This document shows positions 1 to 9,617 of a stretch of 63,892 nt of DNA, piece after piece. Source of the DNA: an uncultured Nitrospina sp. (GTDB taxonomy: Bacteria; Nitrospinota; Nitrospinia; Nitrospinales; VA-1); assembly GCA_913045445.1 (NCBI GenBank), contig CAJWQP010000005.1, positions 1-63,892 on the forward strand, read 5' to 3'. Position 1 is the first letter of the stretch. Every line of letters begins with the position of its first letter. A program made the translations under genes and the position numbers. The notes under the pieces are model-generated. The model searched no databases, had not been told where the DNA came from, and was given only the letters and a program-made list of their open reading frames with translations.

Positions 1-35
1 CCCAGAGCTTTACCGACTTCTTTTTTATTTTTCAT
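1..35 (-). CDS. 5' end of an unidentified gene running off the left edge (partial)
   Basis: ATG at 33-35 (minus strand) with GGAG 6 nt upstream (42-45). It reads MKNKKEVGKAL to the window edge, which is too short to name. Confidence 0.3.
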   Translation of the reverse strand, partial: MKNKKEVGKAL

Positions 36-56
36 TTTTAACTCCAATAGGAAATC

Positions 57-712
57 TTAAAAATCATCTTCCTTGATTTTATAAATATTCGGGGAATCCG
101 GGTTTTCAACGTATGACAATCGAAGATTAATATTTTGATTGGCAGGCTGACCCTCCTTGGCGGGCAGGTTAACAAGTAACAAGATCACTATTCTGCCTTT
201 AGCATCGACACCACGAAACACAAAGACGGAACCATCGGGCAACTTTGAGTTAACCGCCAAACCCTTCTTCCGAAATCCCTGATTCAAAAAATGGGTGCGT
301 AGCTGATTGGCCATATCAACCACTCTTTGAGGATCAGGTTTTTCCTCTGTGGTTCTGCCCTACAGTACATTGACCTGAATAAGTCGTTTAGAGTTAAACC
401 CAAAAACATAAAACAGGCTTGCCTAGCCACTGTCAGGCAATAAATCATTCACCTGGAAATTAAAACTTAACGTTTTCTCAGTCGGATTAACGCGACGCTG
501 AATTTTGCTCTTTGGAATTTTAAAATCTTTGAAGATCGATTTCAAAACTCCCTTTTCGGTCATTCCAAACCGGGCGGACCTGAAGCCGTCAACCCGAACC
601 TCGCTATTTTCTTCAGCACCGGAAGAAGACGTCCTGACCAGAACCTCTTTTTGCAACGTACCCAGAACCATCAGAGCACATGCAACCGTAATCACTAAAC
701 CATTTTTTTCAT
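57..712 (-). pseudogene. Disrupted gene for a small secreted or signal-peptide protein of unknown family
   Basis: ORF-track pieces 423..695 and 57..323 are in the same minus-strand frame (695-323=372). They are separated only by two in-frame TAG codons (423-425 and 360-362). The 20 codons between the TAGs read as protein (ASLFYVFGFNSKRLIQVNVL). The only ATG (710-712) is one frame off across an A7 run (703-709); one extra A would give MKKNGLVITVACALMVLG. Confidence 0.45.
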
Positions 713-756
713 ACCGACACCCACCACTTATACAAACCTATACTATAAACTCTTAA

Positions 757-2043
757 TCAGCGCCGACGAATTTCTGTTTGCCCGCCCATAAACGGCACAA
801 GCACTTCTGGAATTCGAATCGAACCATCAGGTTGATAGCCATGCTCAACAACAGCGGCCCACACCCTTGGCGCGGCCAACCCCGAACCATTGAGCGAATG
901 CAGTAATTCCGGTTTATCCTGCTCGCTTCTGCGAAACCTGCTATTGCCTCTTCTCGTTTGAAAATCAGAGAAAATACCAATTGATGAAACCTCCAACCAT
1001 GATTTCGTTCCGGGAGAATAAACTTCCAGATCATGAACCCGGGTTGAAGAAAAAGTAACATCGCCGCCGCATAGATCCAATACTCGATAGGGAAGCCCCA
1101 ACAACTTTAGCGGATGTTCGGCATCGCTCACCAGCATCTCATATTCGTCTTTCACCGTTTCGGGAGTACACAAGCGAACAAGCTCTACCTTGTGAAACTC
1201 GTGAAGCCTCTGCATTCCCCTCGTTTCCTTCCCCGCCGAGCCTGCTTCGCGACGAAAACAAACGGTGTAAGCCATATACCGTTTTGGCAACTCATCAATA
1301 GAAAGAATTTCACCCGCGTGCAAATTAGTTAGAGGAACTTCTCCGGTCGGAATAGCCCACAAATCGTCATCGCGAAACCGGTAAGCATCCTCTTCAAATT
1401 TCGGAAGCGTCCCGGTACCCATCATCATTTCGGGCCGAACAAAATGAGGAGGAGTAATTTCTTCATTGCGTTCACTGTTTATCGAAAGGGCAAATTGGAT
1501 GAGCGCCCGATGTAAACGGGCACCATCGCCACGCAACAGGGCGAACATGGAACCACTCAATTTGGCCGCACGCTCGGCGTCCAGAATGCCCAACTCCTCG
1601 CCTATCTTCCAGTGAGGCTTGAACTCCTTCCCCTCGTAATCCGATTCTTTATACCCTTCCATCCGCACAACAACATTACAGTCCTCAGTGAACCCATCAG
1701 GACAGTCATCATCGGGCAGATTCGGAACGCGCAACAATAGTTGCAATCTTTTATCATCGACCTCTTTATATTCCTTTTCCCTGGTCTCCAGCTTTTTTTT
1801 CAACCCAGGAACAGACACCTTCAGTTCATCAGCCTCGTCTTTTTTCCCCTGCTGGTAAAGGACACCGACTTGTTTTGACTTTTCATTGATCTCAGCGCGG
1901 AGCCCATCCACTTCACCCACCAGTGTTTTCCGGGCGAGGATCGCCTGACGGATTTCCTCAATCTGCTCGACGGGAACTTTCTTTCGCATCAAACGTCGCT
2001 TGGTTTCTTCGTAATCGTTAATGAATAAATTCTGATCCAGCAT
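757..2043 (-). CDS. serS: Seryl-tRNA synthetase
   Basis: 428 aa. N-terminal coiled-coil tRNA-binding arm followed by a class II core (e.g. FRREAGSAGKETRGMQRLHEF, LNGSGLA). Confidence 0.96.
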   Translation of the reverse strand: MLDQNLFINDYEETKRRLMRKKVPVEQIEEIRQAILARKTLVGEVDGLRAEINEKSKQVGVLYQQGKKDEADELKVSVPGLKKKLETREKEYKEVDDKRLQLLLRVPNLPDDDCPDGFTEDCNVVVRMEGYKESDYEGKEFKPHWKIGEELGILDAERAAKLSGSMFALLRGDGARLHRALIQFALSINSERNEEITPPHFVRPEMMMGTGTLPKFEEDAYRFRDDDLWAIPTGEVPLTNLHAGEILSIDELPKRYMAYTVCFRREAGSAGKETRGMQRLHEFHKVELVRLCTPETVKDEYEMLVSDAEHPLKLLGLPYRVLDLCGGDVTFSSTRVHDLEVYSPGTKSWLEVSSIGIFSDFQTRRGNSRFRRSEQDKPELLHSLNGSGLAAPRVWAAVVEHGYQPDGSIRIPEVLVPFMGGQTEIRRR

Positions 2044-2167
2044 GGGCGTCTATGTGTATAAGTATTAATGAAATGGTTTAGAATTAAGGAAGGAGCAACA
2101 TAGCAAATTCCGAACTGACCGGAGGCAGTGTACACCATTTAAAGATCGGGGGGAATACCCTCTTGCC

Positions 2168-3220
2168 TCATTCCCAGCAACCCGCTATGCTTTCACCGCA
2201 TTTGGGGCAAGCACCTTGGTGAAGAAAGTTTTTCTGCACACGAAACCCGATACGCTCAATCAAAAGCTCATCGCATTTCGGGCAATAAGTATTCTCCGTA
2301 TTTTCTACCTGCCCAGGAATGTTTCCTGAGTAAACGAACTTCACTCCGGCCTGTTTTCCCTTCTCGCGAGCTTTCAGCAAAGTGGACACAGGCGTCCGCC
2401 CCCTGTCCTGCATGTTATAGTCAGGATGAAACGCTGTCACATGCCAGGGGATATCCGTTGAAACGGACGCTATAAACTGAGCAATCTCGGAAAGCTCCGC
2501 ATCAGAATCGTTATAGCCTGGAACCACCAGAGTCACTATTTCCGTCCACATGCCCGCTGAAAAAACACGGTGAATGGTGTCTAATACCGCGGATAAATTT
2601 CCTCCCAGCCGACGATAGTTTTTTTCGGAAAAAGTTTTCAGGTCGATCTTGTAAAAGTCAACCCACGGCGAAAGATACTCAATCACCTCGGGAGTACCGT
2701 GCCCGTTTGAAACAAAAGCCGTGCGCAGTCCGGCCTGGCGTGCTTCCCTGAAAACTTCCACCGCCCACTCGCTCGTTATCAGAGGTTCATTGTAGGTCGA
2801 GACAACCGTTTTCGATCCTTTTCTAATTGCGAAATCACAAACTTCGGTGGCGGTCATGCGGGTCGATTCTACAGTCGCCTTATCATCCCTCAGAGTCTGA
2901 GAGGTAAACCAATTCTGGCAGTAGGCGCAATGAAAATCGCATCCCAGCATACCAAAGCTCATGGCGAGGCTTCCTGGTAAGGCGTGGAAAAACGGTTTTT
3001 TTTCTATGGGATCATTATGAATTCCGGCAACGTAGCTAAACGGCACCCTGAGAGTACCTTCGCTGTTATACCGGACTTTGCAAGCTCCCCGCTGGTCTGG
3101 TTTTAGCTTGCACAAGTGACCGCAGGCAGTGCAAATAAGGGAATCGCCTTCAAGCGTCCTGACCAGTTCGCCGGGCTGTGTGTGATCGTCAATCAGATGA
3201 TTTATGCGGGTGGGGCTCAT
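2168..3220 (-). CDS. Radical SAM enzyme, AmmeMemoRadiSam-system type (AmrS-like)
   Basis: 350 aa. CDFHCAYCQNW is a CxxxCxxC motif. N-terminal CTACGHLC..C cluster, DPIEKKPFFH, and a C-terminal CPKC..CPKC zinc-ribbon-like tail. Starts 14 nt after the sufU stop. Confidence 0.8.
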   Translation of the reverse strand: MSPTRINHLIDDHTQPGELVRTLEGDSLICTACGHLCKLKPDQRGACKVRYNSEGTLRVPFSYVAGIHNDPIEKKPFFHALPGSLAMSFGMLGCDFHCAYCQNWFTSQTLRDDKATVESTRMTATEVCDFAIRKGSKTVVSTYNEPLITSEWAVEVFREARQAGLRTAFVSNGHGTPEVIEYLSPWVDFYKIDLKTFSEKNYRRLGGNLSAVLDTIHRVFSAGMWTEIVTLVVPGYNDSDAELSEIAQFIASVSTDIPWHVTAFHPDYNMQDRGRTPVSTLLKAREKGKQAGVKFVYSGNIPGQVENTENTYCPKCDELLIERIGFRVQKNFLHQGACPKCGESIAGCWE

Positions 3221-3234
3221 ACGAATTCACCCAG

Positions 3235-3693
3235 TCACTCGGTACTGACACCTTCTGTCTTTTTATCAAGCGCACCGACCATCGTATGCCACGCGAGGCT
3301 GGCACATTTCGTGCGCGATGGATACTCTCTTATCCCTTGAAACAAGGTGAGCTTGCCTAAATGGTGCTCCTGTTTTTCCGGCTCGAATTCGCCCAAGACC
3401 ATTTTATGAAACTCATCAAAAACCACACGGCACTCGTCAATTTTCTTTCCCTTAAGGTGATTGGTCATGAGGGAGGTACTAGCCTTGGATATGGCGCATC
3501 CCGAACCGGTGAAACTGACATCTTCAACAACCTCTTCCGCTTCATCTACTTTGAGATAAACAGTGATATCATCGCCGCACAATGGGTTGACCCCGTGGCA
3601 ACAGTGCGTTGCATTTTCCATTTCGTGAAAATTACGCGGTTTGCGATTATGATCCAGAATCACCTGTTGATATAGCTCGTTGTCGTAAGACAT
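3235..3693 (-). CDS. sufU: SufU/IscU-type Fe-S cluster assembly scaffold / sulfur acceptor
   Basis: 152 aa with NPLCGDDI, GSGCAISKAS and KCASL motifs typical of SufU. Confidence 0.9.
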   Translation of the reverse strand: MSYDNELYQQVILDHNRKPRNFHEMENATHCCHGVNPLCGDDITVYLKVDEAEEVVEDVSFTGSGCAISKASTSLMTNHLKGKKIDECRVVFDEFHKMVLGEFEPEKQEHHLGKLTLFQGIREYPSRTKCASLAWHTMVGALDKKTEGVSTE

Positions 3694-3901
3694 GTAAAGT
3701 TTCCTCTAAATAAATATCTCTATTCATTAAATATAACACAACCTCATAAGGAAGACCGATTTTTGATCTTTCTAAGTTTCTAGATATTAAAGCTTCAATC
3801 TCAAGTCTGTTTCCACCCTGAGCAATTAAACGTAACGAAGATTGGCCTGCAAATGCTATTATCTTAGGTATAATATTTACTGATGCTACTGGGAGACACA
3901 T

Positions 3902-4342
3902 ATGGAAGTCATTCGAGCCGATTTGAACTGTCTTGATGAACTGGCAAAGCTATTTGACCAATACCGGATATTTTATCAACAACCTTCAAACCTTCAAGGC
4001 TCTATGGATTTTATGAAATCCCGCTTTGCAAAAGGCGATTCCGTTATCTACGTTGCAAAAAAAAATTCACGGCTAATTGGATTTTCCCAGCTTTATCCCA
4101 GCTTTTCGTCTGTAGGAATGCAACTCATCTGGATTTTAAACGACTTGTTTGTTGAGGAAGGTTCCCGAAAGCAAAACGTCGCCAAGTACCTGATGGAAGC
4201 AGCAAAAAAACATGGGCAATCCTCAAATGCGTTGCGAATTGAGCTGGCAACGCAAGTCTCCAACAGTCCAGCACAATGTCTTTATGAATCGCAGGGATAT
4301 GTTAAAAATGAAAAGTTCTATCACTATGCTTTAACTTTATAA
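3902..4342 (+). CDS. GNAT family N-acetyltransferase
   Basis: 146 aa. Acetyl-CoA binding core (LFVEEGSRKQNVAKYLMEAA) and C-terminal LYESQGY. It lies on the opposite strand to the flanking suf genes and is visibly more AT-rich. Confidence 0.85.
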   Translation: MEVIRADLNCLDELAKLFDQYRIFYQQPSNLQGSMDFMKSRFAKGDSVIYVAKKNSRLIGFSQLYPSFSSVGMQLIWILNDLFVEEGSRKQNVAKYLMEAAKKHGQSSNALRIELATQVSNSPAQCLYESQGYVKNEKFYHYALTL

Positions 4343-4535
4343 CAAAGTTTCTCTGCCAATCCCACCGCCCATCAACAAGCACGGAATCTGCATTTGATAC
4401 TTTCCTTTTACAAGATCGACCTATAGCCTTCACGGCTAGTGGCTGCTCGGTGCAGGGCCAAAAAAGCTGACCGGTGCTATCAAGCCTCACTAAAACTATT
4501 GGCGAGATCCAGCCCATTGCCCCCACTGCAAGTGG

Positions 4536-5789
4536 TCAGGAAAAAAACTTGATGATTTTTTTCAGGCCTTCAGCCAGAGCGTCGAGTTCCTCGTATTTAT
4601 TGTAGAACGCCATAGAGGCCCGCGCTGTGGCTGGAACGCCAAAACGGATCATGGTCGGCTGGGCGCAGTGGTGTCCACCCCGAAGAGCGATCCCATCCTG
4701 ATCCAGCATGGTGATGATATCGTGAGGGTGCGCGGATTCCAGGTAAATGGACAGAAGAGCCGCCTTCTCTTTGGCATTACCGATGATACGGAGTCCATCA
4801 ATATCACTAAGCAGTCGGGTTCCGTAATTGAGCAGACTTTTCTCGTACTCAAAAATCTTATCCATCCCGATCCCGCCGATATAGTCAATGGCCGCGCCCA
4901 GCCCAATCACCTGACTGATAGGCGGGGTGCCCGCTTCAAACCGTGCCGGAGGTTTGGCGTAGGTTGTTTTTCCCAGCGTGACCTGCATGATCATATCGCC
5001 ACCGGTCACATACGGCGGCATCGTTTCCATCACTTCCATTTTTCCGAACATGCCGCCAATCCCGCTGGGTGCGTACATCTTGTGTCCGGAAAATGTATAG
5101 AAGTCGCAGTCGATATCCTTAACATCGACTTTCATATGCGGAGCACTTTGCGCTCCGTCGACGAGAACTTTCGCACCCACAGAATGTGCCTTACGGGTGA
5201 TTTCTTTTATAGGGTTGATCGTCCCCAAGGCGTTGGAAACATGATTCACCGCTACGATGCGTGTCTTGTCGGTCAACAACTTGTCATACTCTTCCATAAC
5301 GAGTTCGCCGTTATCGGCAACAGGAATGACTTTGAGTGTCGCTCCCTTCTCTTCACAAAGAACCTGCCAGGGCACAGTGTTGGCGTGATGCTCGATATTA
5401 GAGATGATGACCTCGTCCCCTGCGTTGACAAACTTGCGCCCGAAACTGTGAGCCACGAGATTGATCGCCTGGGTGGTGCCGCTGGTAAAAACAATTTCCT
5501 GACGTGTCGGAGCGCCCAGAAAGTCTGCAACTTTCTGACGGGCTTCTTCATAAAGTCGGGTAGAATTTTCACACAAACGGTATGAACCACGACGCACGGT
5601 TCCATATTCTTCAGAATCGAATTGACTCACCCGGTTGATCACCTGCCATGGTTTTTGCGTTGTCGCGCCATTGTCCAGGTAGATGAGCGGCTTCCCGCCT
5701 ATCTCTTTCGACAGGACAGGAAAATCGGCACGGATTTTATCAACATCGATGCAGGGTTTTTCTATAGAAATAGTTTTAGCATCGCCCAT
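4536..5789 (-). CDS. sufS: Cysteine desulfurase, SufS type
   Basis: 417 aa. PLP-lysine motif FSGHKMYAPSGIG and catalytic-Cys motif RGGHHCAQP. Confidence 0.96.
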   Translation of the reverse strand: MGDAKTISIEKPCIDVDKIRADFPVLSKEIGGKPLIYLDNGATTQKPWQVINRVSQFDSEEYGTVRRGSYRLCENSTRLYEEARQKVADFLGAPTRQEIVFTSGTTQAINLVAHSFGRKFVNAGDEVIISNIEHHANTVPWQVLCEEKGATLKVIPVADNGELVMEEYDKLLTDKTRIVAVNHVSNALGTINPIKEITRKAHSVGAKVLVDGAQSAPHMKVDVKDIDCDFYTFSGHKMYAPSGIGGMFGKMEVMETMPPYVTGGDMIMQVTLGKTTYAKPPARFEAGTPPISQVIGLGAAIDYIGGIGMDKIFEYEKSLLNYGTRLLSDIDGLRIIGNAKEKAALLSIYLESAHPHDIITMLDQDGIALRGGHHCAQPTMIRFGVPATARASMAFYNKYEELDALAEGLKKIIKFFS

Positions 5790-5867
5790 GGCACGTCTCC
5801 GAAAATCTAATTTTATTCAAATGCATGTCGCCACGAATTTGCTCTATAAAAATATTTCCGTTACCCA

Positions 5868-7187
5868 TTAGTTCGCTTTCAGTTTTTTAAGTAGCGTTTG
5901 ATTGAGTTCTTCTATCACCGGTGCAAAGGGAATTTCCTGGATAATGCTACTGGCAAAACTCTGGGTGAGAATTTCCTTCGCCACAGCTTCAGACAAACCT
6001 CTTGTTCTCAGGTAGAAAAGTTGGCCTTCATCCAATTGTCCAACTGTTGCGCCATGCGCGCATTTTACATCATCCGCAAAAATCATCAGATTGGGCTTGC
6101 AATCCGCATGACCCTCATCGGAAAGCATGAGGTTGTTGATGAGCTGATCAGAATTCGTCAACTGCGCCCCCTTGTTGACCACCACAGTTCCATCGAAGCT
6201 GGCTCGCGCGCGATGATTTATAATATTTTTAAAACGCTGTTGGCTGGTGCAGTGTTCCACTTCGTGGTGAACACGAATGAACTGGTGAGATTGCTCATCG
6301 TCTACCAGCACGCTCACTCCGCTCAACTCCAACCCCGCCCCCGGCTCACTCAACCATGCCTCATTATGATGGCGAACCAGCCGCGCTCCGTTGGTGGCCT
6401 GATAACCCCGATAACAGCTATCGCGTTTTAAATGAACCCGATTTTTTGAAAAATGCCAGGCATCTGTTGAATCCGCCTGTACCTGAATATGAGTTAAGCT
6501 GGCATTCTCCTCCACAACCATATCCTGGACCGAGTTGACGAAATAGTTACCCTCCTCGCCAACATATTTCACAATTATTTTTAATTCTGACAGAGGCTCA
6601 AGATGAACATAGATCCTGGGAACCGTCATTACGGGACCGCTTTCCCCTCCGGTCGAAATATTAAGTATCTGCAACGGAGCTTCGATCTGTTTGTCTTTGC
6701 CGACCCGAATCATAATACCCTGTGTCATGAAGGCACTGTTGATTGAGGCAAACACATCGTTTTCCTGCTCAATACTTTCCTGCAACGCAGTTTTAATCGG
6801 CTCGTCCTTCACCGCGTCCGTCAGCGACCCTACCATGACCGCCGTACCCAGTGCAGTTGCATCGGACAATTCAGAACACAGAATGCCGTTCACAAGCGTC
6901 AAGTGACTATGTTCGCAACCGGCATAGACATGTTGTTTGACAAACTCCTGCGGACTGGAACTTTTTGTTTTCAAAGAAAACGGCGCACCCGTAATATCCT
7001 TCGTATTGACGAAGGTATACATCTCATGCTTGCGGTGGGGAAATTTTAACTTGGCAAACTGGTCAAGGGCCTTCCTGTTAAGTGCCAGGATGTCCGGACC
7101 GGATTGACTCGTTTCGATAAATTTTTTATGGAGATCAAGAACGACCGATTCTGCGCCGTTACTGGATTCCGCAATTGTGCTCGACAT
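5868..7187 (-). CDS. sufD: Fe-S cluster assembly protein SufD
   Basis: 439 aa. SufB/D beta-helix family C-terminal region (ADDVKCAHGATVGQLDEGQLFYLRTRGL). Position between sufC and sufS. Confidence 0.93.
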   Translation of the reverse strand: MSSTIAESSNGAESVVLDLHKKFIETSQSGPDILALNRKALDQFAKLKFPHRKHEMYTFVNTKDITGAPFSLKTKSSSPQEFVKQHVYAGCEHSHLTLVNGILCSELSDATALGTAVMVGSLTDAVKDEPIKTALQESIEQENDVFASINSAFMTQGIMIRVGKDKQIEAPLQILNISTGGESGPVMTVPRIYVHLEPLSELKIIVKYVGEEGNYFVNSVQDMVVEENASLTHIQVQADSTDAWHFSKNRVHLKRDSCYRGYQATNGARLVRHHNEAWLSEPGAGLELSGVSVLVDDEQSHQFIRVHHEVEHCTSQQRFKNIINHRARASFDGTVVVNKGAQLTNSDQLINNLMLSDEGHADCKPNLMIFADDVKCAHGATVGQLDEGQLFYLRTRGLSEAVAKEILTQSFASSIIQEIPFAPVIEELNQTLLKKLKAN

Positions 7188-7196
7188 GAAGTCTCC

Positions 7197-7943
7197 TCAA
7201 TTCGTCGTGGTCAACCAGTCATACCCCTGCGCTTCCAGTTCATGCGCAAGTTCCTTACCACCGGATTTAATGATTTTGCCATGACTGAGCACGTGAACAA
7301 AATCGGGCTTGATGTAGTCAAGCAGTCGCTGATAGTGGGTGATCAGAATCAACGCATTGTCCTCATTGTTGAGTTTATTGACTCCGTTAGCCACTACGCG
7401 CAGGGCATCGATATCCAGACCGGAATCGGTTTCATCAAGAACAGACAATGCGGGTTTTAAGATAGCCATTTGAAGAATCTCATTTTTCTTCTTTTCACCG
7501 CCTGAGAACCCGTCATTGCAGTTTCGCTCTTTATATTTATTTTCCATACCGAGCAGGTTCATTTTCTCCTGAAGAATATCGTCGAAGTCCAGCGGATCGA
7601 CCTCATCCTTCCCTTCATTAACCAGCCGGGCATTGTAGGCCATACGCAGAAATTCGGCGTTGTTCACGCCGGGAATTTCGACCGGATACTGAAACCCCAT
7701 GAACACACCGGCCAGAGAACGATCTTCAGCGCTTAATTCCAGAAGATTTTTACCCTCAAACACAACTTCTCCAGAAAACACTTCGTATGCGGGATGACCC
7801 GATAGAATTTTCGCCAGAGTACTCTTTCCCGAACCGTTGGGTCCCATGATGGCATGAGTCTCTCCCTTGTTAATCGAAAGGGAAATTCCCTTGAGGATTT
7901 CAGTTTCCTCGAACCCGGCATGTAAATCTTTTATTTCTAACAT
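7197..7943 (-). CDS. sufC: Fe-S cluster assembly ATPase SufC
   Basis: 248 aa. Walker A GPNGSGKST, signature FSGGEKKK, Walker B LSVLDETDSGLD. Confidence 0.97.
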   Translation of the reverse strand: MLEIKDLHAGFEETEILKGISLSINKGETHAIMGPNGSGKSTLAKILSGHPAYEVFSGEVVFEGKNLLELSAEDRSLAGVFMGFQYPVEIPGVNNAEFLRMAYNARLVNEGKDEVDPLDFDDILQEKMNLLGMENKYKERNCNDGFSGGEKKKNEILQMAILKPALSVLDETDSGLDIDALRVVANGVNKLNNEDNALILITHYQRLLDYIKPDFVHVLSHGKIIKSGGKELAHELEAQGYDWLTTTN

Positions 7944-8080
7944 TAAATAATTTCCTAATTTATAAAGTATCCTTCGACATACCCCTTCGAGGCAAGAAAG
8001 CGATGGTCAAACACCACCAGCTCAGGACAACAATCAGGTGTCGTGCTGAGCTGGTCGAAGCATGATAATAAAATCACTGG

Positions 8081-9529
8081 TCAACCGACGCTGTTTTCCA
8101 GTTTCAAAGTGAGGAGTTTTTGCGCTTCCACCGCGAATTCCATAGGAAGCTGTTTAAAGACATCCTTACAGAACCCGTTAATGATAGAGGCGATTGCATT
8201 TTCCCGCGAGATGCCCCGTTGTTCAAAATAGAACAACTGCTCTTCGCTGATCTTGGAAGTGGATGCCTCGTGCTCTACCTGAAGAGAACTGTTCCCCGTT
8301 TCAATGTATGGGAATGTGTGGGCGCTGGATTTGTCCCCAACCAGCATACTGTCACACTGCGTATAGTTTCTTGCGTTGGTTGCATTTTTACCCACCCGTA
8401 CCAAACCGCGATAACTGTTGCTTGAATGATCGGCGGAAATACCTTTTGAAATAATACTGGATCGCGTGTCCTTGCCAAGGTGCATCATCTTGGTTCCGGT
8501 ATCTGCCTGCATATGTCCATTGGTCAGAGCAACAGAATAAAATTCGCCAACCGAGCCGTCCCCTTGCAGAAGACAACTTGGATATTTCCATGTGATGGCC
8601 GATCCCGTTTCCACCTGCGTCCAGGAAATTTTTGATTTTTCGCCCTGGCACTTACCGCGCTTGGTCACAAAATTATAAATTCCACCTTTACCCGTTTCAG
8701 GATCGCCCGCATACCAGTTTTGCACGGTGCTGTATTTAATTTCGGCACTGTCCAAAGTCACCAGTTCAACCACAGCGGCGTGCAACTGATTGGTATCGAA
8801 CTGCGGCGCGGTGCAACCCTCGAGGTAAGAGACATAACTGTTCTCCGCGCAAATGATCAACGTGCGCTCAAACTGCCCCGTTTCCTCGGTATTGATTCTG
8901 AAATAAGTGGATATTTCCATCGGGGAAATAGTGTCAGGCGGAATATAGACAAACGACCCGTCTGTAAATACCGCGCTGTTGAGCGCCGCATAATAATTAT
9001 CGCCCACCGGCACTACCGTTCCCAGATACTCTTCGACCAGTTCCGGATAGTCAATCAGCGCCTCGGAAATGGGACAGAAAATAATACCCACTTCCATTAG
9101 TTTCTTTTTGTGCGTGGTCGCAACGCTAACACTATCGAAAACCGCATCGACAGCAACATTGGCCAGCTTCTTCTGCTCTTCCAGAGGAATTCCAAGTTTC
9201 TCGAAAGTGTGGAGAATTTCAGGATCCACCTCGTCCAGACTTTCGAGCTTTTTTTTCGGTTTTGGCGCTGAGTAGTATGATATATCCTGAAAATCAATCG
9301 GCGGGTACTGAACATTAGGCCATTCAGGCTCTTTCATGGTCAGCCATTTCTCGTAAGCCTTGAGCCGGAAGTTAAGCATGAACTCCGGCTCGCCCTTCTT
9401 CTTGGAGATGGCTCGGACCACTTCCTCGTTAAGACCTTTGGCGAAAGTATCGGACTCAACATCAGTGACGAATCCGTACTTGTAATCATTATCCAGAGCT
9501 TCGGTGACTGAGTTGTCTTTAGATTCCAT
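8081..9529 (-). CDS. sufB: Fe-S cluster assembly scaffold SufB
   Basis: 482 aa. Highly conserved SufB core ([50 protein letters not shown]). Confidence 0.97.
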   Translation of the reverse strand: MESKDNSVTEALDNDYKYGFVTDVESDTFAKGLNEEVVRAISKKKGEPEFMLNFRLKAYEKWLTMKEPEWPNVQYPPIDFQDISYYSAPKPKKKLESLDEVDPEILHTFEKLGIPLEEQKKLANVAVDAVFDSVSVATTHKKKLMEVGIIFCPISEALIDYPELVEEYLGTVVPVGDNYYAALNSAVFTDGSFVYIPPDTISPMEISTYFRINTEETGQFERTLIICAENSYVSYLEGCTAPQFDTNQLHAAVVELVTLDSAEIKYSTVQNWYAGDPETGKGGIYNFVTKRGKCQGEKSKISWTQVETGSAITWKYPSCLLQGDGSVGEFYSVALTNGHMQADTGTKMMHLGKDTRSSIISKGISADHSSNSYRGLVRVGKNATNARNYTQCDSMLVGDKSSAHTFPYIETGNSSLQVEHEASTSKISEEQLFYFEQRGISRENAIASIINGFCKDVFKQLPMEFAVEAQKLLTLKLENSVG

Positions 9530-9617
9530 TATATTTTCACGCCCTTCTTACAGGGGGATTGAAGTGTTTAGAAAAATATCTGCTTTGGTTTCGTACTCTG
9601 CCTATTATATGTGCAAG

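Noticed and set aside
360-425. The two in-frame TAG codons might indicate amber recoding (for example pyrrolysine) rather than a pseudogene.
   Set aside because: TAG serves as the ordinary terminator of well-supported genes in this window: the nifU-like gene at 9618, the CBS gene at 15458 and HNH at 55926. No pyl genes are seen. The same gene also has a frame problem at its start.
3647-3901. An 84-aa minus-strand ORF abuts the GNAT start. Its tail (LPYEVVLYLMNRDIYLEETLH) faintly resembles a ParE/RelE toxin C-terminus.
   Set aside because: It overlaps the sufU start in another frame, has no RBS, lies in a very AT-rich spacer where random ORFs are expected, and the resemblance is too weak to support a call.
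4668-5585. A 305-aa plus-strand ORF antisense to sufS. Similar antisense ORFs lie in moaA (11260..11790) and groEL (58628..59296, 59333..59983).
   Set aside because: These are typical shadow ORFs opposite highly expressed, strongly biased genes. Their translations are low-complexity and Arg/His/Ser-rich, and the sense genes are unambiguous.
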